Origin: Candidatus Angelobacter sp.
Lineage (GTDB): Bacteria > Verrucomicrobiota > Verrucomicrobiia > Limisphaerales > AV2
Direction: 5' to 3'
DNA length: 15,020 nucleotides
Assembly: GCA_035607015.1 (NCBI GenBank)
Contig: DATNDF010000330.1
Span: 1 to 15,020, forward strand
The first letter of the stretch is position 1; the number at the start of each line of letters is the position of its first letter. Positions 7,746-15,020 of this stretch are shown here, piece after piece. The notes under the pieces are model-generated. The model saw only the letters and a program-made list of their open reading frames with translations, ran no database searches and was not told the origin of the DNA. A program made the translations under genes and the position numbers.

Positions 7746-7899
7746 TCCCAAACCGCTCGTGGTCCATTTGGCCGGTTGACACAGCGACTGTAGTCCTCCA
7801 TTTTTACCACCGGTCGAACAATTGCCGTCAGGCCGAATGGTAGGCGATTCGGGTGCCGCAAGACATTGCGTCAACGGCAAGGAAAATGTTTCAGGAGAA

Positions 7900-10800
7900 A
7901 TGAAAACTTCAATCCTTCGTCCAGCGATGTTCGTGTGCATGATCCTATTGAACGGTCTTTTTTGCGGCATATATGTTTTTGCCGACGAATGCCCGACACC
8001 GGGCTTCGGGGCAGCCCGCACATTCGGTGTGAATTCGGAAGGAAGCCCTTTTTCCCTGGCGATGGGTGACCTCAATGGAGACGGCAATCTCGATGTGATC
8101 GTCGTGAACTACGGTTGCACTCCCTGTTCTCCGCCGGTGAGAGGGTCAGTCGCGGTGTTGGCCGGCAAAGGCGACGGCACTTTTCAATCAACCACCAACT
8201 ATGACACGGGACCGAATCCCCAGTCAGTGGCGCTGGGTGACTTCAACGGAGACGGCAAACCCGACCTGGTGGTGGCGAATTTTGGTTCCACAAACATTGC
8301 GGTGTTGCGCGGCAACGGTGACGCCACTTTTCAAGCGGCAATCAACTACAGCGCAGGCGGCACTCCGACGCGCAATGCAACATCCATTCTGACAACAGGC
8401 GACTTCAACAAAGACAACAAACTTGACCTGATCGTGGCAAACTCGAGTGGCGCCTCGGTGCTTTTAGGAAACGGCGATGGCACATTCCGGCCGCCCGTCA
8501 GCTATGCATCGGAAGCGAATCCCGAATCCGTTGCCACGGGTGACTTCAATGCCGACGGGAAGCTTGACCTGGCAGTGGCAGGTGGCGATGGCATTTCAGT
8601 GCTGCTGGGCAATGGGGATGGAACATTCCAGCCCGCGGTCAATTACAGCACAGGAGTGTCTCCGGTGTCTGTGGCGACGGGCGACTTCAATGGTGATGGC
8701 AAAACCGACCTGGCCGTGGCGATCGCCCCGACCTCCACCACTTCGTACAATATTTCGATGCTGCTGGGCAATGGGAACGGAACGTTTCAAACCGCCGTCC
8801 ACTATAACATCGGCTCGTATCCGTACTCGGTCACGGCGGGTGATTTCACGGGCGATGGGAAGGCGGACCTGGCGGTAGCCACCGATGTGGGAATCGAAAT
8901 CCACCCGGGCAAAGGCGACGGCACATTTCAGCCGGCCCTTAACTACGGAGCGGGAAATCATCCAACTTTTGCGTGTGCGGGCGATTTCAATAAGGACGGA
9001 AGACTTGACCTGGTGGTCGCGGACGCAGCCTCGGGCAATGTCAGTATCTTGCTGGCCGAGGCGGGAGGCTCTTTTCAAGCAGCGGCCAACTACGGCGCGG
9101 GATGGGTTCCGTTGTCGATGCAAGCGGCGGACTTCAACGGCGACGGCAAAACCGATCTTGCTGTCATCAATTACAGTTCAAGCAGCGGCGGAAACGGCAG
9201 CGTCACGATGCTGTTGGGAGTCGGTGACGGCTCCTTTACCACGATGCCCACCAGCAACACATTGGGATCGCTGTCTTTTTCCGGCGCGGTGGGAGACTTC
9301 AACGGGGACGGCAAGCCGGATCTGGCCGTGGCAAACCGTGCTTCACCTTACATCTCTGTGTTGTTGGGCAACGGCGACGGCACCTTCCAGGCAACCGTCA
9401 ACTACGCCGCCGGAAGTTCGCCGGGCTTCGTCGCGACCGGTGACTTCAACAGGGACGGGAAGCCTGATCTGGTCGCCGCAAATGATTCGTCCGGCGGCGG
9501 CGTTTCGGTGCTTTTGGGCAATGGTGATGGAACGTTCGGGACTGCCGTTAGTTATGGCACAACGCCCGGTTCCTTTTCCGTGGCCGTTGCGGATTTTAAC
9601 CGCGACGGCAAGCTGGATCTCGCGGTTGCCAACCAGGGATTGAGTTCCTCGGGCACCAACGTTTCATTGCTGTTGGGCAACGGCGATGGGACGTTTCAAT
9701 CTGCCGTCAACTACGTTACCGGATTCGGTCCTTCGTTCGTGGTGGCAAGTGACTTGAATGGCGATGGCAAACTCGACCTGGTCGTGGCGAATCAGGGCAT
9801 GATTACCAACGTTGCAGACTTGGTTAACGGCAGTGTTTCGGTGCTGTTGGGCAACGGCGATGGCACCTTCCAGCCGAGTGTCAGCTACATCGACGGAATG
9901 AGCGCTTTGTCCGTGGCCGTCAGCGACCTCAACGGCGACGGAAAACCCGATGTCGCCGTCGCGGTCCACAAAGGCAATGTCGTGGTGCTCTCGGGCAACG
10001 GCGATGGCACCCTGCAGGCCCCTGTTGATTACGGCGCCGGAAGTGACCCTTCTTTCGTCGTGGCGGGAGATTTCGACGATGACGGCAAGCCCGACCTCGC
10101 GGTCGCGAACGGATACTCCGAAGGCACGGTTTCGATGCTGTTGAACAGTTGCCATGGCTGCCCCAATTTCAGTTTCGCCGCACCGCGCACATCCGAAGCC
10201 GGAGATAGCCCATTTGCCCTGGCAACGGACGATTTCAACGGGGATGGTAAGCTCGACCTGGTGGTGAGTGACATGGTCGGAGGTGGCTTTTTGGTCATGC
10301 TGGGTTACGGTGATGGGGCATTTCACATTGCGTCCACAAACGGTGCAGGAACACGATATTACTCTTTCGCAATGGCGGATTTCAATGGTGATGGCAAGCT
10401 CGACCTCGCGACGACTACTGGCGGAGGCATTTCGGTGTTACCGGGCAATGGTGATGGGACCTTCGGAACCTCTGCGAGTTATGCAGCAGGATCGGGCGGT
10501 TATTCGATCGCCACAGGCGACTTCAACCGTGACGGTAAACCCGATCTTGTTGTAACCAGCTCGGGTCTTCCGTCGGGCGTTCTGGTGTTCTTGGGCAATG
10601 GTGATGGGACCTTTCAAAGCCCTGTCAACTATGGTGCAGCAAATGATCCTTCGTCAGTGGCAGTAGGCGACTTCAACGGAGACGGCAAACTCGACCTAGC
10701 TGTAGCCAACGACAGTTCCTTGAACATCTCAATTTTGTTGGGAAAAGGCGATGGTACCTTTCAACCTGCTGTCAACTATGCTGCAGGAATGACTCCTTTG

Positions 10801-12453
10801 ATCGTGGTGGTCGGCGACTTCAATGGTGATGGAAAATCTGACCTCGCGGTAAACAATCGTGGCTCCGCAATAATCACGATGCTTCTCGGTAACGGAGACG
10901 GGACTTTTCAAGCGGCTGTCAGCTACGGCGTGGGAACGGATGCTTTCCGTCTGACTGTGGGTGACTTCAATATGGATGGGAAATCAGATCTTGCGGTTGT
11001 TTGCTTTGGTTCCAACTCCGTCAACGGTACCACGTCTGTGCTGCTGGGTAAAAGTGATGGCACCTTTCAGGAGGCAGTCAACTACGATGCGGGATCGACT
11101 CTTGCGGCCATTGTGAACGGGGACTTCAATGGCGATCGTAAACTTGATCTTGTAGTGGCCAATGAGAATCCGCGAGGTACGGTTTCGATGCTGCCTGGCA
11201 ACGGCGATGGGACGTTCCAAAGTTTCACCAGTTTTGGTGCAGGCTCGTCGCCTTTATTCGTTGCCGTAGGAGACTTAAACGGCGACGGCAAAGAGGACCT
11301 AACCGTGGCGAATGCTGCGTCCAGCGATGTCTCGGTGCTGTTAGGGAACGGCGATGGTGGTTTCGGGGCAGCCACTAACTTCAGCGTGGCATCTTCTCCC
11401 TCCAGCGTGGCGTTGGGTGACGTCAATGGCGACGGCGCGCTCGATCTGGTTGTGGCCAACAATGGTTCCACTAACGTTTCTATCCTGATCGGAAATGGCG
11501 ACGGCACATTTCACGCCGCCACCAATTATGAAGTCGGCGCGAATCCCAGGTCGGTGGTGGTGGATGACTTCAACGGTGATGGCAAGCTCGATCTGGCTGT
11601 AGCGAATCAAAACTCTACTAACGTTTCAGTGCTATTGGGTGCAGGAGACGGAACTTTTCAGGCCGCCGTCAACTACGAAGTCGGAACGCGCCCCTTTTCC
11701 GTGGCGAAAGGCGACCTCAATAATGATGGCAAGCCAGACTTGATCGTTGCGAACAATTGGTCCGCGAGTGTTTCAGTCCTGCTGGCCAATGGTGACGGGA
11801 CTTTCCGCCCCCCCGAAAACTATACGGCAGGGACTGCCCCCACTTCCGTGTCGATCGGCGATCTGAACAACGACGGCAACCTCGATTTGGTTGTTGCCAA
11901 CGCAGGTTCCGGCGACGTTTCGGTGTTAGTAGGTAACGGAGATGGTACCTTCCAGATCGCCGTCAATTACGGGGTCGGAACGAATCCTGAATCCGTCCTG
12001 GTAGGCGACTTTAATGGTGATGGCAAGCTTGACCTGGCTGTTGCCAACGCTGCCTCTCGCAATATTTCCGTACTATTAGGTAATGGCGATGGCACCTTCC
12101 GGACGCACGTCGATTACGGGGTCGGATACTCTGCTTTTTCGGTCGCGGCTGGCGATTTCAACAGTGATGGGAAGCTTGATCTAGCAATAGCCAGTAGTGA
12201 CGGCGGCAGCGTCTCGATACTGTTGAACACCTGCGTCTCTGCTGGCATTGACCTTGCCATTGTGCAAAGCAACTCGACCGTCACTGTTTCCTGGCCGTTG
12301 CCGTCCACCGGATTTGTTCTGGAATCCACGGCCAGTCTGAGCGTCACCAACTGGCAACCGGCCGTGGAAACGGCCACGACCAACAATGGCCGCTTGGAAA
12401 TCACCGCGCCGGTCACGCAGCAGGAACGCTACTTCCGTTTGCGCAAACCGTAA
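7900..12453 (+). CDS. Giant secreted FG-GAP repeat protein (1517 aa). 28 FG-GAP/VCBS-like blades, consistent with four 7-bladed beta-propellers, plus a ~70-aa C-terminal beta-rich module.
   Basis: Preferred start is ATG at 7900, preceded by AGGAGA and in frame with the ORF-track start at 7822. N-terminal signal/TM MKTSILRPAMFVCMILLNGLFCGIYVFA. 28 copies of the ~50-aa unit GDFNGDGKxDLAVAN...VSVLLGNGDGTFQxAVNYxxGxxPxSVAx. Ends ...SWPLPSTGFVLESTASLSVTNWQPAVE...ERYFRLRKP, with stop TAA at 12451-12453. Confidence 0.9.
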   Translation: MKTSILRPAMFVCMILLNGLFCGIYVFADECPTPGFGAARTFGVNSEGSPFSLAMGDLNGDGNLDVIVVNYGCTPCSPPVRGSVAVLAGKGDGTFQSTTNYDTGPNPQSVALGDFNGDGKPDLVVANFGSTNIAVLRGNGDATFQAAINYSAGGTPTRNATSILTTGDFNKDNKLDLIVANSSGASVLLGNGDGTFRPPVSYASEANPESVATGDFNADGKLDLAVAGGDGISVLLGNGDGTFQPAVNYSTGVSPVSVATGDFNGDGKTDLAVAIAPTSTTSYNISMLLGNGNGTFQTAVHYNIGSYPYSVTAGDFTGDGKADLAVATDVGIEIHPGKGDGTFQPALNYGAGNHPTFACAGDFNKDGRLDLVVADAASGNVSILLAEAGGSFQAAANYGAGWVPLSMQAADFNGDGKTDLAVINYSSSSGGNGSVTMLLGVGDGSFTTMPTSNTLGSLSFSGAVGDFNGDGKPDLAVANRASPYISVLLGNGDGTFQATVNYAAGSSPGFVATGDFNRDGKPDLVAANDSSGGGVSVLLGNGDGTFGTAVSYGTTPGSFSVAVADFNRDGKLDLAVANQGLSSSGTNVSLLLGNGDGTFQSAVNYVTGFGPSFVVASDLNGDGKLDLVVANQGMITNVADLVNGSVSVLLGNGDGTFQPSVSYIDGMSALSVAVSDLNGDGKPDVAVAVHKGNVVVLSGNGDGTLQAPVDYGAGSDPSFVVAGDFDDDGKPDLAVANGYSEGTVSMLLNSCHGCPNFSFAAPRTSEAGDSPFALATDDFNGDGKLDLVVSDMVGGGFLVMLGYGDGAFHIASTNGAGTRYYSFAMADFNGDGKLDLATTTGGGISVLPGNGDGTFGTSASYAAGSGGYSIATGDFNRDGKPDLVVTSSGLPSGVLVFLGNGDGTFQSPVNYGAANDPSSVAVGDFNGDGKLDLAVANDSSLNISILLGKGDGTFQPAVNYAAGMTPLIVVVGDFNGDGKSDLAVNNRGSAIITMLLGNGDGTFQAAVSYGVGTDAFRLTVGDFNMDGKSDLAVVCFGSNSVNGTTSVLLGKSDGTFQEAVNYDAGSTLAAIVNGDFNGDRKLDLVVANENPRGTVSMLPGNGDGTFQSFTSFGAGSSPLFVAVGDLNGDGKEDLTVANAASSDVSVLLGNGDGGFGAATNFSVASSPSSVALGDVNGDGALDLVVANNGSTNVSILIGNGDGTFHAATNYEVGANPRSVVVDDFNGDGKLDLAVANQNSTNVSVLLGAGDGTFQAAVNYEVGTRPFSVAKGDLNNDGKPDLIVANNWSASVSVLLANGDGTFRPPENYTAGTAPTSVSIGDLNNDGNLDLVVANAGSGDVSVLVGNGDGTFQIAVNYGVGTNPESVLVGDFNGDGKLDLAVANAASRNISVLLGNGDGTFRTHVDYGVGYSAFSVAAGDFNSDGKLDLAIASSDGGSVSILLNTCVSAGIDLAIVQSNSTVTVSWPLPSTGFVLESTASLSVTNWQPAVETATTNNGRLEITAPVTQQERYFRLRKP
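8011..12236 (+). repeat. Intragenic tandem array of 28 FG-GAP coding repeats (~150-bp period). Two blocks of 14 are separated by a Cys-containing junction at about 10141-10160.
   Basis: Counted GDFNGDGK/GDLNGDGK motifs in the translated protein. Periodic GGCGACGGCAC / GGTGATGGGAC motifs are visible in the DNA. Confidence 0.85.
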
Positions 12454-12541
12454 CGCGACGCACTCATATTTCCTCGATCGGGGATTGTGCGGACTCAAAG
12501 TTTCTGGCTTTATCTGAGGTGTCGCGACAGTGGTGCCGTCT

Positions 12542-14119
12542 ATGAACGCACAACCAATCAAGGTGTTGCTGGTGGGGCACGAGTCAGTCCATGCCGGTCT
12601 GGCGCGGGAAGTCCCGCGCGCAAAGGCACGGCTCGAATTGTCCCGCGCCGGACGAATTGAAGAGGCAGGGCAACGCCTCGGCGAGGGCGCGTTCGACGTT
12701 GTCCTGCTCGACCTGATGGCCCCGGATGCAAAGGGGCTGGCTGGTTTTCGCGATCTTCGCGCGGCGGTTCCTTCCATGCCCGTCGTCGTCCTGGCCGGCG
12801 CGGATGACGAGGCGCTCGCGTTCCAGGCGGTGCGCGAAGGCGCCCAGGACTATCTCGTGAAGGGCGAGTTTGACGGGCCGATGCTCTCGCGCGTCATTCG
12901 TTACGCGATCGAGCGCAAGCGGGCCGAGGAGGAACTGCGCCAGAGCGCGGAGTTTTTCAAACTCATTTCGGAAAACGTCACCGACCTGATCGCGGTGATC
13001 GATCGGGATGGGAAACGGTTGTACAACAGTCCTTCGTACGAAAAAAGCCTGGGCGACGCGTCCCATTTGCAGGGCACGAATTCGTTCCAGGAAATCCATC
13101 CGGACGACAAGGAAAAGATCACACGGATTTTTCAGGAAACCATCGCGACCGGCGCCGGGCGGCGGTCCGAATACCGGATGTTGCTTTCGGACGGAAGCAT
13201 TCGCCATATCGAGTCGCAGGGCAGCGTGATCAAGGACGCGAACGGCAGGACGAGCAAGGTGGTGGTGGTGTCGCGCGACATCACGGAGCGCATCCGGCAG
13301 ATGGAGGTGTTGCAGAAGGCGCTGGCCGAATTGCATGAAGCGCACGAGGAGTTGAAGACCGCGCAGATGCAACTGGTCCAGTCGGAGAAACTCGAGGCAG
13401 TCAGCACATTTGCCGGCGGCATTGCGCATGAAGTGAAGAATCCGCTGCAGACGATCATCCTCGGCGTGGATTTTTTGAAAAACACCCTTGAAACCGCCGG
13501 CGAGGACGTGAAGATGGTACTCACGGAGATGGACAACGCGGCGCGGCGCGCCGACGCCGTCATCCGCGGCATGGTCGAATTCTCCTCCTACAACAAGCGC
13601 GACGTGCGGGACCATGATTTGAGCCGGATCGTGGAACAGTCGTTGCGCTCGGTGGAAAGCGAGATGACCGCGCACTCGGTCAGGTTGTTCAAGGACCTGG
13701 CTTCCAGCCTGCCGCCGGTCCGGCTCGATTTGAAGACCGTCAAACACGTTTTTATCAATCTGCTGTTGGGTTCGATCCGGGCGATGTCCGGGGGAGGGAC
13801 GCTCACCGTCAAAACCTTCCTCAAACAGCTGAGCAAGGACGAGGGCTGGAGCGGCCGGACGCCCGGCCAGTTGAAGGCGGGCGACACGGTTGTTGCCGCC
13901 GAGGTTGAGGACGACGGCCCGGGCGTCATCGAAAGCAAGCTTGCCGACAAATCCGAACGCGCGTTCGCGACGGAACTGATCCGGAAGGGCGTTCTCGATT
14001 TGATGGTGCTGAAGAAAGTGGTCGAGTTGTACGGCGGGATGATTCGGATCATCAACCGCAAAGAGGGAGGGGTCAAAGTGACCGTCATGTTCAAAACACA
14101 GCGAAAGGAAGGATCATGA
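12542..14119 (+). CDS. Cytoplasmic hybrid-type sensor histidine kinase with an N-terminal receiver (REC), PAS, HisKA and HATPase_c domains.
   Basis: ATG at 12542 (MNAQPIKVLLVGHE...) is preferred. The ORF-track start at 12530 is a GTG. REC: VVLLDLMAPD...VVVLAG...YLVKG. PAS: FFKLISENVTDLIAVIDRDGKRLYNSPSYEKSLG. H-box: FAGGIAHEVKNPLQTI. ATPase: EVEDDGPGV and VELYGGMIRI. No TM segments. Confidence 0.85.
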   Translation: MNAQPIKVLLVGHESVHAGLAREVPRAKARLELSRAGRIEEAGQRLGEGAFDVVLLDLMAPDAKGLAGFRDLRAAVPSMPVVVLAGADDEALAFQAVREGAQDYLVKGEFDGPMLSRVIRYAIERKRAEEELRQSAEFFKLISENVTDLIAVIDRDGKRLYNSPSYEKSLGDASHLQGTNSFQEIHPDDKEKITRIFQETIATGAGRRSEYRMLLSDGSIRHIESQGSVIKDANGRTSKVVVVSRDITERIRQMEVLQKALAELHEAHEELKTAQMQLVQSEKLEAVSTFAGGIAHEVKNPLQTIILGVDFLKNTLETAGEDVKMVLTEMDNAARRADAVIRGMVEFSSYNKRDVRDHDLSRIVEQSLRSVESEMTAHSVRLFKDLASSLPPVRLDLKTVKHVFINLLLGSIRAMSGGGTLTVKTFLKQLSKDEGWSGRTPGQLKAGDTVVAAEVEDDGPGVIESKLADKSERAFATELIRKGVLDLMVLKKVVELYGGMIRIINRKEGGVKVTVMFKTQRKEGS

Positions 14120-14493
14120 GCAAGAAACGAATTCTGGTGGCCGATGATGAGACCAGCATCACCCGGTTGTTGAAATTGAACCTCGAACGAACGGGCAACT
14201 ACGAGGTGCGCGAGGAGAATCTTGGCGCGCGGGTGTTCGAGGCCGCGCAGGAGTTCAAGCCGGACCTGATCCTGCTCGACGTCATGATGCCGGACATGGA
14301 CGGCGGAGACGTCGCCGCCAGTTTGAAACAGGACCCGGCGCTGCGCAAAACGCCCGTGGTGTTTTTGACCGCCGCGGTCAAGAAGGAGGAGCTGGGCGCT
14401 CCGGAGGGCAAGATCGGCGGGCGCATGTATATCGCGAAGCCGCTGAACGTGCAGGGCGTCATCGGCGTCATCGAAAAAACGCTGGGCAAATAG
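14116..14493 (+). CDS. Single-domain CheY-like response regulator (receiver only, no output domain).
   Basis: ATG at 14116 overlaps the kinase stop (ATGA) and is preceded by AAGGAAGGA. Conserved residues: ILVADDE (acidic pair), LILLDVMMPDMDG (phospho-Asp), VVFLTA (Thr), YIAKP (Lys). Confidence 0.85.
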   Translation: MSKKRILVADDETSITRLLKLNLERTGNYEVREENLGARVFEAAQEFKPDLILLDVMMPDMDGGDVAASLKQDPALRKTPVVFLTAAVKKEELGAPEGKIGGRMYIAKPLNVQGVIGVIEKTLGK

Positions 14494-14520
14494 CGCGCCA
14501 AAACCAGCCTCTTGTTGTCC

Positions 14521-14549
14521 GCCCGGCGTGCCGGGTTTTCTTTCGGGGA
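14521..14549 (+). terminator. Candidate Rho-independent terminator after the kinase-regulator operon.
   Basis: GC stem CCCGG(14522-14526)/CCGGG(14531-14535) with a 4-nt loop, followed by TTTTCTTTC (14536-14544). Lies in the 67-bp gap between convergent genes. Confidence 0.45.
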
Positions 14550-14560
14550 TCGTTCCGGTT

Positions 14561-15020
14561 TCATAGCGACCGCATGCCCATCGCCAGACCACGCCGGATG
14601 GCTTCGCGATTCGCCGCGTCGTAAAACTCCACCGGATTGTAATCATCGGTCAGTACGATGCCATGCTGCGGGTTGGCCTCCGTGCGGTCGTAGAAGGCGG
14701 CCCGGGCCAGGTCCCGACAGTGTGGATGCATCTTTTCAAAATCGGGCGTCGCGAAAGGATTGAGGGCCGGCTCGTCCGATGCGACGAAAAAGACGTTGCC
14801 GCTGTCGTCCGGATTTGCGGCGTGAATGCGCACGGACTTGAACACGGCGCGCAGCGTTTTTTCAATTGAGGCGGCGAAAAAGTCCCTGCCCGACTGGAAA
14901 TCCCCGAAGGAATTGATCACCAGAACGCCGCCGGGTTTCAAAATGCGCCGCATCGAGTCAAAGGCCTCGCGGGTCATCAGGTGCGACGGCGAGGAGTCGC
15001 CCAGAAATGCGTCCAGCACA
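14561..15020 (-). CDS. Spermidine-synthase-like (polyamine aminopropyltransferase/SpeE-fold) protein, C-terminal part only. The gene continues beyond the window end.
   Basis: The minus-strand ORF is open to the window edge. [39 protein letters not shown] resembles the SpeE segment [34 protein letters not shown]. The first M in the ORF track is a GTG at the window edge, not a real start. Confidence 0.65.
   Translation of the reverse strand, partial: [152 protein letters not shown]

Noticed and set aside
7776-7804. TTGACA hexamer (7776-7781) upstream of the FG-GAP gene as a possible -35 element
   Set aside because: No convincing -10 hexamer at 16-18 bp spacing (the best is TAGTCC/CATTTT). Sigma-70 consensus is also not established for this lineage. 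Left uncalled.
8596-11610. Multiple long minus-strand ORFs (e.g. 8596-9123, 9664-10326, 11082-11507, 11341-11610) and plus-strand alternative-frame ORFs (e.g. 8477-8878, 8885-9643) inside the FG-GAP gene
   Set aside because: They are antisense or out-of-frame readings of the GGC-GAC-GGC-rich tandem repeats. Their proteins are Arg/Ser/Pro-rich low-complexity, with no start context, and they tile the repeat period. They are ORF-caller artefacts.
8011-12236. Regular ~150-bp periodic repeats that could superficially suggest a CRISPR or satellite array
   Set aside because: The repeats are in-frame protein-coding FG-GAP units. Units are ~150 bp and imperfect at the DNA level, with no short identical direct repeats separated by unique spacers and no cas genes.
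12584-14646. 387-aa and 352-aa minus-strand ORFs (12584-13747, 13588-14646) opposite the kinase and regulator genes
   Set aside because: They are antisense to genes with clear domain signatures (REC, PAS, HisKA, HATPase, CheY). Their sequences are Arg-rich low complexity, so they are spurious.
1-15020. Search for mobile elements, integrases, tRNA or rRNA genes
   Set aside because: No transposase or integrase-like ORF, no terminal inverted repeats, no tRNA-like cloverleaf-compatible segments and no rRNA-like sequence were seen. The window reads as ordinary chromosomal DNA.

Overview
High-GC bacterial chromosomal segment with no transposase, integrase, rRNA, tRNA or CRISPR signal. Gene content and protein style suggest a Verrucomicrobiota-like organism; this is an inference from the giant FG-GAP protein with a characteristic C-terminal module. 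Left to right: (i) minus strand, a CII-like HTH regulator (1754-2239) immediately upstream of a signal-peptide-bearing FAD-dependent oxidoreductase (82-1746); (ii) a 280-bp divergent intergenic region carrying a two-part direct repeat; (iii) plus strand, an nfeD-flotillin pair (2519-3082, 3124-4647) followed by five tightly spaced co-directional genes of unknown function (4676-7745), including a polytopic membrane protein ending in a J-like domain that lacks the HPD motif and a beta-carbonic-anhydrase-like protein fused to a DUF4339/GYF-like C-terminal domain; (iv) a 1517-aa secreted protein (7900-12453) of 28 FG-GAP repeats, consistent with four 7-bladed beta-propellers, with an apparent 14+14 internal duplication and a ~70-aa C-terminal beta-rich module; (v) a cytoplasmic REC-PAS-histidine kinase (12542-14119) translationally coupled by an ATGA overlap to a stand-alone CheY-like receiver (14116-14493), then a terminator-like hairpin; (vi) the 3' part of a convergent spermidine-synthase-like gene running off the window end. 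The many long antisense ORFs inside the FG-GAP gene and opposite other genes are judged artefacts of GC-rich and repetitive sequence.
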